A DNA stretch of 48,482 nucleotides from Candidatus Eiseniibacteriota bacterium (GTDB lineage: Bacteria; Eisenbacteria; RBG-16-71-46): NCBI GenBank assembly GCA_041483195.1, contig JBGPFC010000033.1:1-48482 (forward strand). Reading direction: 5' to 3'. Within the stretch, counting starts at the first letter, position 1. Every line of letters starts with the position of its first letter. This document shows, in pieces, positions 1-8,434 of the stretch. Both the position numbers and the translations under genes were made by a program. The notes under the pieces were generated by a model that was given only the letters and a program-made list of their open reading frames with translations, searched no databases and was not told the DNA's origin.

Positions 1-630
1 CATCTGATCGCGACCGTAGACGCGCTGCGGCACCCAGCCGTGCTTGCCGATCGCCACCGTGACGTCACGCCCCGCGTTCGCGAGCTCGTACGCGATCTGG
101 AGTCCCGACTGTCCCGAGCCGACCACCAGCACGCCGCCGGGTGGCAGGTCCTCCGGGGCCCAGTAGTCGTCGGTGTGAAGCGACTGGATCGATGCCGGCA
201 GGTTCGCGGCGAGCGCCGGCGTGTGCGCCGGGCCGAACGCGCCGGTGGCCACGATCACGTGGCCGGCATGGAGCTCGGAGTGCGGCGTGCGCACGAGGAA
301 CCCGCCGCCCTCCGCGGGACGCACTTCGCCGACGGGTGACCCGCCGCGGACCGGCGCGGCGAACGAGGCCGCGTAGCCTTCGAGGTAGGCGAGCAGGCCC
401 TGAGTGTCGAGGAACGCTTCCGGCTCGGGCCCGTGGTACTCGTAACCCGGAAGCAGGTTCAGCGAGTTCGGACTCACGATGTGGAACGAGCGCCACCGCC
501 GCGTGCGCCACGTGTCACCGAGCGCGCCGCGTTCGAGCACGACGTGCTCGATGCCGCGCCCGGTCAGCTCATGGCTCGCCGACAGGCCGGCCTGCCCGGC
601 TCCGATCACGACTGCTGCGATGCGTTCCAG
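1..630 (-). CDS. Flavin-containing monooxygenase-type NAD(P)/FAD-dependent oxidoreductase, 3' end outside window
   Basis: Not in the ORF track. Manual translation: LERIAAVVIGAGQAGLSAS (FAD GxGxxG)...VVLERGALGDTWRTRRW...VIVATG...SLHTDDY...VLVVGSGQSGLQIAYEL (NADPH GxGxxG)...RVYGRDQM. In-frame TGA upstream at 697-699 and no ATG, so start inferred at CTG 628-630. Confidence 0.88.
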   Translation of the reverse strand, partial: MERIAAVVIGAGQAGLSASHELTGRGIEHVVLERGALGDTWRTRRWRSFHIVSPNSLNLLPGYEYHGPEPEAFLDTQGLLAYLEGYAASFAAPVRGGSPVGEVRPAEGGGFLVRTPHSELHAGHVIVATGAFGPAHTPALAANLPASIQSLHTDDYWAPEDLPPGGVLVVGSGQSGLQIAYELANAGRDVTVAIGKHGWVPQRVYGRDQM

Positions 631-882
631 ATTGGACCCCGCCGGTGGGAGCTTCCGCGACCGACTCGGCGCGAAGATCGGCCAGATCGGCGCCGGTCAC
701 AAGTTGTCGAGCGTCGCCGTCTCGCTCACGGGGGTGCCGGTTCAATTCCGGCCGTTGCGACGCGCGCGCAAGTTGGTGCGGCGCGTGGCTGGGCTGCATC
801 GCTCGAGGCCTGGAGTGTCCGGCTGTGGGATTCGCGCGTACCCGTTGTGGACACGGCGCATGGTGCGGACGGCGGGTGCGAG

Positions 883-958
<76 letters not shown>

Positions 959-980
959 GCGATGATGCGGAAGGCGGCAG

Positions 981-1010
981 AACGTAGCCGCGATGCGGCG
1001 ATCAGGGCAA
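981..1010 (-). promoter_or_regulatory. Putative sigma70-type promoter of tRNA-Glu
   Basis: TTGCCC-N18-TACGTT on the minus strand, 22 nt upstream of the tRNA 5' end. Confidence 0.5.
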
Positions 1011-1100
1011 GCGAAAAGGGGAGGGCCGCGCGGGTCGGCAGCAGCGGAGCGCCAGCGCGCGGAATTCAGCGGAGGGCGGGTGCAGACTCCGTGGTGGCGC

Positions 1101-3407
1101 TCACGGCTTGGGCGGGGCTGGCTTCGCCAGCGCCATGACGCGCGCTTCGTCGACCAGGCCCTTCTCGATGAGATCGCTCGCGGCGCGCTCGGCCGCCGCG
1201 CGATCCTCGAAAGCACCCAGCACCACCCGGTACATCGCGACGTTGTCCTCAGTCACGGTGAGCAATCGCCCCGGCAGCCTGGTGCTCGCGGCGAGCTTGG
1301 TGCGCTCCTGCCCGGCGCGATCCTCATTCAGATAGCTCCCGACCGCGACGCCGAACAGTGGGCGACTCGCCGCGGGCTTGGTCGAAGTGGTCTTCGCGAT
1401 GGTCGGCGCCCGAAGCGTGGCGGTCGGTATGGTGACCGTCGGCATCGGCCGCACGGACTGAGCGACCGGCACGGTCCGCGTGGTGCGGACCACCTCGGCA
1501 CCCGTCACCGCTCCGCTAGATGCCGCCGTCGCGGGCCGCGGCGGCGCGGGCGCTACGTACTTCGCCCTGGCCGGCTCGGTGGCAGGTGGCGCCACGGCGT
1601 TCTCGAGCGCCGGCGAGCTCTCGTTCGTGACTTGCGTGATCGGTGCTTCGCTCCGCGGCGGCTCGGGAGGCACGGGAGTCGTCGGTGCCGGCGAAACCGG
1701 GACGGATTGAGAGGCAGCGACGGTGGGCCTGGACGCGCCGGTCGTCTTCCCGGATCTCGCGCCGAAGCGCATCGCGAGCATCGCTCCAATCACGACCACC
1801 GCGACCGCGGCCGCCGCCAGCATCCAGCGCAGCGCCCCATTCCCCGCGCGCTGCCGCTCCTGATCGAACTCGAGCTTGCGGCGCAGGCGCGGCGGCAGCG
1901 TGGTGCTCACGTGCGTCGCTTCGAGGTCACGCGGTGCGAAAGCGCGGGGCAAGGCGACGGTCGTCGACGCGGCCGCTACACGCTGCGGCTCGGCGACGGC
2001 TTCGGCACGAGCCGGCGCGGGCGGCGCGACATTGGATTCGGGCGCGACCGGCGAGAATGCGGGAGCGGGCGCCGGCTCCGTCCGCGCGAGTTCGGATGCC
2101 GCGGGTCTCGGCTCCCCCGCGACCGGCACAGGCGCCGTGTCTCCGAACGAACTCAGCCAGGTCTCCCAGGCATCCTGCGTCCCCGCGGGCTGCACGGGTG
2201 AGGCGGTCACGTGCTCCTCGGCCTCGACCTCGAGTTCGGGCAACAGCTCCGGAGGCGCAGCCGGGACGATCGGCGGCGCGGGCGCCTCGGCCGCCCCGGG
2301 CGCGCGCAATACCGGCGGCGCGGGCGCTTCAACGATCTCGGGCGCGCGCAATACCGGCGGCGCGGGGGGTTCGGCGATCTCGGCGATGCGCGCCTCGGGC
2401 GGCGGCGGCGCGACGAACGCAGGCGGCGCATGCATCACGGGCGGCGGTGGCGGCGCGACGCTCGCGGTCACCGGGACGGCCGTCACCACCGGTGGGGGCA
2501 TCGCGACCGCGGTGATGCTCACGCCCGCCTGAGGCGCGGACCGCTCGGCGGCCGACGCGGAGGACGCGACGCCCGCATCGCCCGGCGAACGCAACACGCT
2601 CCGGAATTCGGTGTCGCGCGCCACGGCGTGCACGTGCTCGGGCAGCACGCACGGGGAATCCTCGACGAACGCATTGAGCATCGCCTGCGCGGCGACGGTG
2701 TTGATCTCGCGCGGAATGCCGTGAGTCAGCGCGTGCACCTCGAGGCAGGCCTCGCGCGGGAAGATGCTGATCGCGTGTCCGCCGGCGACCGAGATGCGAT
2801 GGTGGATGTAATGCTCGGTGTCGTCCGGGCTGAGCGGGTTGAGCCGGTACTGCACGGTGATGCGCTGCCGCAGCGGGCGCAGCTCGGAGCTCGCGAGCTT
2901 CGCCTCGAGCTCGGGCTGCCCGACCAGGAACACCTGGATGAGCTTTTCACCCTCCGTCTCGAGGTTCGAGAGCAGCCGAATTTCCTCGAGCAGCTCCCGG
3001 TCGAGATTCTGGGCCTCGTCAAGCAACAGGATCGCGCGGTGGCCATGTCCTCGCACCGACTGGAGAAAACGCTCGAGGTGCACCAGCGCCTGCGGCTTGG
3101 TCATCGACCCCGTCAGCGCGAGCCCGAAACGCAGGCAGATTTCTTCGAGCAGCTCGTCGCGACTCAGCGCGGAGTTCGTGATGAGCGCGACGACCGCGCG
3201 CGATTCCCATTCGCTGAGCACGTCATAGAGCGCGGTCGTCTTCCCGGTGCCGACTTCGCCGGTGATCATGACGAATGGCTCGCGGTTCTCGATCCCGAAG
3301 CGCAGGTGGGCGAGCGCCTCCTGATGCTCCCGGCTCGGATAGACGAAGCGTGATTGATGGCCGGCCGCGAACGGATTCTCGCGCAGGCCGAATTGGCGTT
3401 CGAACAT
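1101..3407 (-). CDS. ExeA/GspA-type AAA ATPase with Pro/Ala-rich linker, one TM helix and C-terminal SPOR domain
   Basis: FGLRENPF start, Walker A GEVGTGKT, Walker B LLLDEAQNL, LVGQPEL, LRQRI, GIPREIN; TM WMLAAAAVAVVVIGAMLAM; SPOR-like FGVAVGSY...YRVVLGAFEDRAAAERAASDL. Confidence 0.88.
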   Translation of the reverse strand: MFERQFGLRENPFAAGHQSRFVYPSREHQEALAHLRFGIENREPFVMITGEVGTGKTTALYDVLSEWESRAVVALITNSALSRDELLEEICLRFGLALTGSMTKPQALVHLERFLQSVRGHGHRAILLLDEAQNLDRELLEEIRLLSNLETEGEKLIQVFLVGQPELEAKLASSELRPLRQRITVQYRLNPLSPDDTEHYIHHRISVAGGHAISIFPREACLEVHALTHGIPREINTVAAQAMLNAFVEDSPCVLPEHVHAVARDTEFRSVLRSPGDAGVASSASAAERSAPQAGVSITAVAMPPPVVTAVPVTASVAPPPPPVMHAPPAFVAPPPPEARIAEIAEPPAPPVLRAPEIVEAPAPPVLRAPGAAEAPAPPIVPAAPPELLPELEVEAEEHVTASPVQPAGTQDAWETWLSSFGDTAPVPVAGEPRPAASELARTEPAPAPAFSPVAPESNVAPPAPARAEAVAEPQRVAAASTTVALPRAFAPRDLEATHVSTTLPPRLRRKLEFDQERQRAGNGALRWMLAAAAVAVVVIGAMLAMRFGARSGKTTGASRPTVAASQSVPVSPAPTTPVPPEPPRSEAPITQVTNESSPALENAVAPPATEPARAKYVAPAPPRPATAASSGAVTGAEVVRTTRTVPVAQSVRPMPTVTIPTATLRAPTIAKTTSTKPAASRPLFGVAVGSYLNEDRAGQERTKLAASTRLPGRLLTVTEDNVAMYRVVLGAFEDRAAAERAASDLIEKGLVDEARVMALAKPAPPKP
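2297..2366. repeat. Two-copy direct repeat, 42-bp period, in the ExeA linker
   Basis: cgggcgcgcgcaataccggcggcgcggg at 2297-2324 and 2339-2366; encodes PAPPVLRAP twice. Confidence 0.85.
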
Positions 3408-3460
3408 GTGTGGTCGTCCCGATTCGTAGGGGCGGCGTCAGCGTGCCGCCATGGTGCAGG

Positions 3461-3487
3461 TTATCGGCCGGGGGAGGGCCGGACTTG
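3461..3487 (-). promoter_or_regulatory. Sigma28 (FliA/WhiG)-like promoter of the ExeA-SPOR gene
   Basis: CAAG-N15-GCCGATAA on the minus strand, 53 nt upstream of the ATG; sigma28 consensus is TAAA-N15-GCCGATAA. Confidence 0.7.
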
Positions 3488-3516
3488 GGTCGATCCGCGG
3501 GCGAGCGTCGTGGCCT

Positions 3517-4074
3517 TCAACCGCGCTCGACCGGGAGCAGCTCGCCGATCGAGAACAGGGCGGTGAACGGAAAACCGCGCTGCTGAAAGATCTGCGAAGC
3601 GCCCTGCTCGCGATCCACGACCGCGACCACGCGGACCACCTCGGCCTTGTAGGACTCGGCGGCCTCGGCGGCGATCAGCGCGCTCTCGCCGCTGGTGATG
3701 ACGTCGTCGAGGATCGCGACACGCTTGTGCCCGGCGAGATTGCCCTCGACCTGGCCGCGCAGGCCGTGATCCTTCGTGCTGCGGCGCACCAGGAAACCCT
3801 CGAGCGGCTTGCCCTGCTCCGCGCTGAGCAGCATGAGCCCCGCGACCAGCGGATCGGCCCCGAGGGTAAGCCCGCCCACCGCCGTGATCTTCTCGGGGAG
3901 GAGCACCTCGTAGAACATCTTCGAGATCATCCGCAGACCCTCCGGATGCAGGCTGGTCTTGCGCACGTCGATGTAGTAATTGGAGGTGGCTCCGGAGCTG
4001 AGAACGAATTCGCCGAACCGCATCGAGCGGTCGAGGAGCATCTGGCGTAGCCGGTCGCGTTCGATCTTTTCCAT
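3517..4074 (-). CDS. pyrE: Orotate phosphoribosyltransferase
   Basis: FGEFVLSSGATSNYYIDVR, GGLTLGADP, VRRSTKDHG, PRPP-binding VAILDDVITSGES; start trimmed to ATG at 4074 (MEKIER). Confidence 0.96.
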   Translation of the reverse strand: MEKIERDRLRQMLLDRSMRFGEFVLSSGATSNYYIDVRKTSLHPEGLRMISKMFYEVLLPEKITAVGGLTLGADPLVAGLMLLSAEQGKPLEGFLVRRSTKDHGLRGQVEGNLAGHKRVAILDDVITSGESALIAAEAAESYKAEVVRVVAVVDREQGASQIFQQRGFPFTALFSIGELLPVERG

Positions 4075-4136
4075 GGGTCCCCACCGTGAAGTCGCGCGTG
4101 ATGACGATCGGAGCGTCGTGCTCTCGGTTCGCTCGA

Positions 4137-4166
4137 AGTGTGCCCGCGCCGCGCCGGCCAAGTCAA
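4137..4166 (-). promoter_or_regulatory. Putative sigma70-type promoter of pyrE
   Basis: TTGACT-N18-CACACT on the minus strand. Confidence 0.45.
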
Positions 4167-4251
4167 GCCGCGGCCGCCCCTTCGCGTGCATTCCGCGCCA
4201 TCGCGCACGCGCCGCCCGCTCGCGCCGTGCGCCGGGGCGACGACACCGTGC

Positions 4252-4281
4252 TTGACCCGGGCTTCGGGCGCTCCCTAGACT
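4252..4281 (+). promoter_or_regulatory. Putative sigma70-type promoter of the S8 protease
   Basis: TTGACC-N18-TAGACT, followed by GGAGG at 4314-4318 and ATG 4329. Confidence 0.65.
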
Positions 4282-4328
4282 TGATACGCCGTGCGACCGG
4301 CGTCACCGAGAGCGGAGGGTGCGGTCGC

Positions 4329-7300
4329 ATGATGCGATCGAGGCGAATGCGACACGAGTGTTTCTGGCTGGTGATTGTTGGATTTGGCCTCGCCGGGCCG
4401 GGTCCCGCACTCGCATTGGACCTTCCGATCCGGCATCCGGGCCGCGATGCGATCGCCGCGCCCGCCTTTCTCGGCGACCGTCTCGAGATCCAGTTGCGGC
4501 CGGGGCCCGCGCGCGACGCGCGGCGCGCTCGGGCGGAGCCGGGCGTGGCGCGGTTCGCGGCGCTGGGTGTGGCTTCGATCGACCGCGTCGCGGCATCGCT
4601 GGGCGGGGCGCGCTTCGAGCACGAATTTCCGGGCGAGACGCCGCCCGGTCCCGGAAGCGATGAGCCCGACTTCACGGCGTTCTATCGGGTGCTGCTGCCC
4701 GCCGCCGCCGATCTCGAGGACGCGCTCGCGCGTTTCCGCGCGCTCCCGGACGTCGCGAGCGCGGATCCGATCGCGGTGCTGCCGGTTTCGGCGGTGCCGA
4801 ACGATTCGCTGTGGAGCGTCTCGAGCTGGTTCTACCAGCCGTCGCGCCGCGACCTCCACGCGCCCGAGGCGTGGGACGTCACGCGGGGCGACACCTCGAT
4901 CGTCGTCGCCATCCTCGACACCGGGGTGCTCTCCTACCACCCCGACCTGGGCGGCGAGGTCGCGGGGTCGAGCGGGCAGATGTGGACGAATTGGCGGGAG
5001 CGGGGCGGGACGCCGGGTGTCGACGACGACGGCAACGGCTACGTGGACGACGTCGCGGGCTGGGACTTCGTGAATCTGGGATCAGGCTTCGGCATTACCG
5101 TCGGAGAAGATTGGCGCGACGAAGACAACGATCCGAGCGACTTCGCGGGGCACGGCACGGCGGTGGCCGGCGTGGTGGGCGCGATCACCGACAATACCAT
5201 CGGCGTGGCGGGCACCGCGTGGAACGTGCGGCTCATGCCGTTGCGCATCGGCTGGTCGAGCACCGCCCTGCCGGGCGGCGAGGTCGACATGTCGTATGCC
5301 GCCGCCGCGATCCGCTACGCGACGCGCAACGGCGCGAACGTCATCAACTGCTCGTTCGCGACGCTCAACCTGAGCGGCCTCTACGCTGCGGCCGCCGCCG
5401 CGGTGCAGGCCGGGGTCGCGATCGTGAGCGCGGCCGGGAACGATTTTCAGCCGCACGACCTCGCCGACCGCGACGACGTGATCGCGGTGGCGGCCAGCGA
5501 TCCCACCGACTCGATCCCCGCGTTCTCGAATACCGGCGCGTTCGTGGATCTGGCGGCGCCCGGGGTCAACATCGCCTCGACCGCGCTGGTCCACGCCGGA
5601 AGCGACAGCATCGGATCCCGCCAGCCGTTCTACCAGGGCGACTTCACCGGCACGTCGTTCTCGGCGCCGCTGGTGGCGGGGGGCGCCGCGCTGCTGCAGG
5701 CGCGGCGTGTCGCGCTCGGGTTGCCGCCGCTGCTCCCGATGACGCTGCTCCTGCGCCTGCGCGAGACCACGGACGACATCGCCTCGCGCAATCCATCGAC
5801 CACCGGCTACGGCACCGGACGGCTCGACCTCGCGCGCGCGCTCAACGATCCGCCGACGTCGTTCGCGCGCCGCGGCGGGGCGCGCAGCGTCGGGCCGCCG
5901 GTCGTCTTCGCGACGCGCTCGGGGAAGAGCCGCGTGGCGATCGCGACCTTCGATTCGAAGCTGCTGATGCTGGATGGGGCGAGCGGCGACACGCTGTGGA
6001 GCGCGACGCTGCCCGGCCGTCCTGCGAGACAGATCGCCGCGGCCGATCTGGGCGCGGGCCGCGGGATCGGGATCTTCCTCGGCACCGCGAACGGAAGGCT
6101 CGCGGGGTACGGACTCGACGGCGCGCCGCTCGCCGGATTTCCGGTCATCGGTCCGGGCGCGTTCTACGCGATGAGCGCGGGGCCGGCGCTCGGCGACGTG
6201 GACGGAGACGGCGTGCTCGACGTGGTGTGCGGTGCCGACGACGGCAGCGTGTGGGTGTGGCAGGCGGACGGCACCCCCTTCCCGAACTTCCCGGTCTCGA
6301 CCGGCAGCCTGCCGCTGGCCGGGCCGATCGCGCTCGCGCCCGGGATCGGGGGCCCATTCGCGCAGATCGTCGCGGCGAATCGCGACGGCTCGGTGCACCT
6401 GCTGCTCGCGGATGGCGGGGAGCCGGCGGGCTGGCCGGTCGCGCTCGCGAGCGCGACCGCCGCGCCGGTGATCGCCCGGCTCGGCGCGCGGCCCGACACC
6501 GTGATCCTGGTCCCGTCCGGGACGTCGCTGCGTGCGCTGAACGTGGACGGCGGCGCGCGATTCGCGGTGTCACCGGGCGGAACCCTGTCGCAGGACCCGG
6601 CGCTCGGCGACCTCGATCTCGACGGCTTCGACGAGATCGTGGTCGCCTCGAGCTCGCCGAACCGCGTCGCGGCGCTCGACTCGGTGGGCGCGATGCGCGC
6701 CGATCGCGGCTTCCCCTATGCCCTCGCGGCCGCGCCCCAGGGCCCGCCGGTGATCGGCGACCTCCAGACCCGCCTCCAGCCCGGGATCCTGGTCTATGCG
6801 GGGAGCACGCAGGTCGCGCTGAGCGACAGCGCGAAGTTGCTCGCCGCATTTCCGAAACCGGGCGGCGCGGGAGCCACCCCGACGCTCGCCGAGATCGACG
6901 GCGATGGCCGCACCGAGGTGATCGCGGGCACCGGCCCGGAATCATCGCTCTACGTCTACGACGCGGGCGCCGGCACCTGGCACGGAGGCGGGAACGCGTG
7001 GCCCACGCCGCGCGGCAACAGCGCGCGCACCGGATCCCGGCTCTACGCGCCGCCGCTCCCCGCCATCGACGACGTCGCGCCGTCCGCGATCGGGGACCTC
7101 GGCGCGGACTCGATCGCGGTGGACACGACCGGCCACGTGCTGGTGCGGCTGCGCTGGACCGCGCCAGGCGACGACGGCTCGACCGGACAGGCCGCGGGGT
7201 ACGAACTGCAATCCACCACGCAGAAGGGCGCGGCCGGAGACTTCGCGAGCGGGGTGCGCACCGATCTGCCGGCGCCCGGTGCGGCGGGCGCCATCGAGCG

Positions 7301-7718
7301 CTTTACGCTCGGCGCGCTCGCGCCCGGCACGACCTACTACTTCGCGCTGCGCGCGCGCGATCCGGCCGGCAACCGGGGCGCTTCATCGAACGTGTTCGGC
7401 CTGCTCACGCCGCTGGGACCGGCATTGCGCCGGCTCGGGGCCGGCGTCGCGGTCGCCAGCCGGATTCAGCCCGCGGCGCGCCCGGTCACGCTGTTGTGGC
7501 GCGGGGGACGCGGGGCATCGGGCGCGAACCAGCAGATCCGCCTCTACGACCTGAGCGGGCGGCTGCTGCGCGTGCTTCCGCTGCCGGCCGACACCGCGGG
7601 CAGCATTCAATGGGACGGCCGGGACCAGAGCGGACGCCTGGTCCCGGCCGGGATGATATTCGCGCGCCTGATCAGCGGATCCTTCCACGCTCAGGCGCGC
7701 GTCGTGCTCCTTCCGTGA
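4329..7718 (+). CDS. Secreted subtilisin-family (S8) serine protease with FG-GAP-like repeats, FN3-like domain and FlgD-Ig/T9SS-like C-terminal domain
   Basis: Signal peptide; triad ILDTG, HGTAVAG, GTSFSAPLVAG; AAGN oxyanion; DDDGNGYVDD calcium loop; GDVDGDG/GDLDLDG/EIDGDG repeats; WTAPGDDG...YYFALRARD; C-terminal IRLYDLSGRLLR...WDGRDQSGRLVPAG. Confidence 0.92.
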   Translation: MMRSRRMRHECFWLVIVGFGLAGPGPALALDLPIRHPGRDAIAAPAFLGDRLEIQLRPGPARDARRARAEPGVARFAALGVASIDRVAASLGGARFEHEFPGETPPGPGSDEPDFTAFYRVLLPAAADLEDALARFRALPDVASADPIAVLPVSAVPNDSLWSVSSWFYQPSRRDLHAPEAWDVTRGDTSIVVAILDTGVLSYHPDLGGEVAGSSGQMWTNWRERGGTPGVDDDGNGYVDDVAGWDFVNLGSGFGITVGEDWRDEDNDPSDFAGHGTAVAGVVGAITDNTIGVAGTAWNVRLMPLRIGWSSTALPGGEVDMSYAAAAIRYATRNGANVINCSFATLNLSGLYAAAAAAVQAGVAIVSAAGNDFQPHDLADRDDVIAVAASDPTDSIPAFSNTGAFVDLAAPGVNIASTALVHAGSDSIGSRQPFYQGDFTGTSFSAPLVAGGAALLQARRVALGLPPLLPMTLLLRLRETTDDIASRNPSTTGYGTGRLDLARALNDPPTSFARRGGARSVGPPVVFATRSGKSRVAIATFDSKLLMLDGASGDTLWSATLPGRPARQIAAADLGAGRGIGIFLGTANGRLAGYGLDGAPLAGFPVIGPGAFYAMSAGPALGDVDGDGVLDVVCGADDGSVWVWQADGTPFPNFPVSTGSLPLAGPIALAPGIGGPFAQIVAANRDGSVHLLLADGGEPAGWPVALASATAAPVIARLGARPDTVILVPSGTSLRALNVDGGARFAVSPGGTLSQDPALGDLDLDGFDEIVVASSSPNRVAALDSVGAMRADRGFPYALAAAPQGPPVIGDLQTRLQPGILVYAGSTQVALSDSAKLLAAFPKPGGAGATPTLAEIDGDGRTEVIAGTGPESSLYVYDAGAGTWHGGGNAWPTPRGNSARTGSRLYAPPLPAIDDVAPSAIGDLGADSIAVDTTGHVLVRLRWTAPGDDGSTGQAAGYELQSTTQKGAAGDFASGVRTDLPAPGAAGAIERFTLGALAPGTTYYFALRARDPAGNRGASSNVFGLLTPLGPALRRLGAGVAVASRIQPAARPVTLLWRGGRGASGANQQIRLYDLSGRLLRVLPLPADTAGSIQWDGRDQSGRLVPAGMIFARLISGSFHAQARVVLLP

Positions 7719-7742
7719 GCGCGAGGACTGGCTTCGCGGCGG

Positions 7743-8213
7743 CTACTGGTGCAGGATCGGTGGCGGGTCGTCGCTCGGAGGATCGGAGGGCGCGACGGAG
7801 GGCCAGAGCCGCACCGTGGCGACCGACGAGGGGGCGCTGGTGTTGCCCGCCCTGTCCACCGCGCGCACGCGATAGTAGAGCGTGGTCTCGGTGCTGACGA
7901 TCGGAAGCCGCATACGATTGCTCCCTGTGACATCGACGAGCGGCACGTACGCGTTCTCGCGTGCGGGAGACGGGGAGTAGACGAGCACTTGATACTTCGC
8001 CAGATCGGGTTCGGAATTGTTCGACCACTGCAGCATGTCGAGCCCAGTCACGGCATCGACTACGACCGACATGCCGGACGGTGCGAGCGGGGCGGTGGTG
8101 TCGAGCGTGGGAACGACCCGGGTCGGCGATGCGCTATTGCCGCTGCATCCGGCGAGCGCCGCGGCCGCCGCAAGCGCGAGCAGCGAAGTGAATGGATGAC
8201 GGGAGTACTTCAC
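7743..8213 (-). CDS. Small lipoprotein with fibronectin type III-like domain
   Basis: GTG start with GAGGAGG SD (8221-8227); lipobox LAGC; DTTAPLAPSG...LQWSNNSEPDLAKYQV...YYRVRAVDRAGNTSAPS. Confidence 0.85.
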   Translation of the reverse strand: MKYSRHPFTSLLALAAAAALAGCSGNSASPTRVVPTLDTTAPLAPSGMSVVVDAVTGLDMLQWSNNSEPDLAKYQVLVYSPSPARENAYVPLVDVTGSNRMRLPIVSTETTLYYRVRAVDRAGNTSAPSSVATVRLWPSVAPSDPPSDDPPPILHQ

Positions 8214-8302
8214 GACCGTGCCTCCTCGATTCTTGAGTGATCGAAAGAATGGTGCGCAGGGCGGTATCGACCCGGGTGCCTGCCAGGGCGGGGGATGACT
8301 CG

Positions 8303-8318
8303 TGCAATCGGGATGCCA
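8303..8318 (-). promoter_or_regulatory. Sigma54 (-24/-12) promoter of the FN3 lipoprotein
   Basis: TGGCATCCCGATTGCA matches TGGCAC-N5-TTGCW with exact GG-N10-GC spacing. Confidence 0.72.
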
Positions 8319-8434
8319 TGGACGGCGTTGAGCTCCGCAACGGCCAGCGTGCGTTTTCGCAGCGCCTAAGCTCCGCGCGATCGCCTCATCGGCCGGCGAC
8401 GGCCGGGGCGGATCCATGCGCGCTGCAACGGACG

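Noticed and set aside
631..770. FMN or cobalamin riboswitch near the flavoprotein gene
   Set aside because: Only fragmentary resemblance, on the strand opposite the gene, with core conserved boxes missing.
4811..7897. Long same-strand alternative-frame ORFs (also 16532-20512 and the 5' parts of 12006-, 28914-, 34555-, 36759-, 41403-)
   Set aside because: Low-complexity Arg-rich translations; where a real gene lies at the 3' end it was trimmed to its own start.
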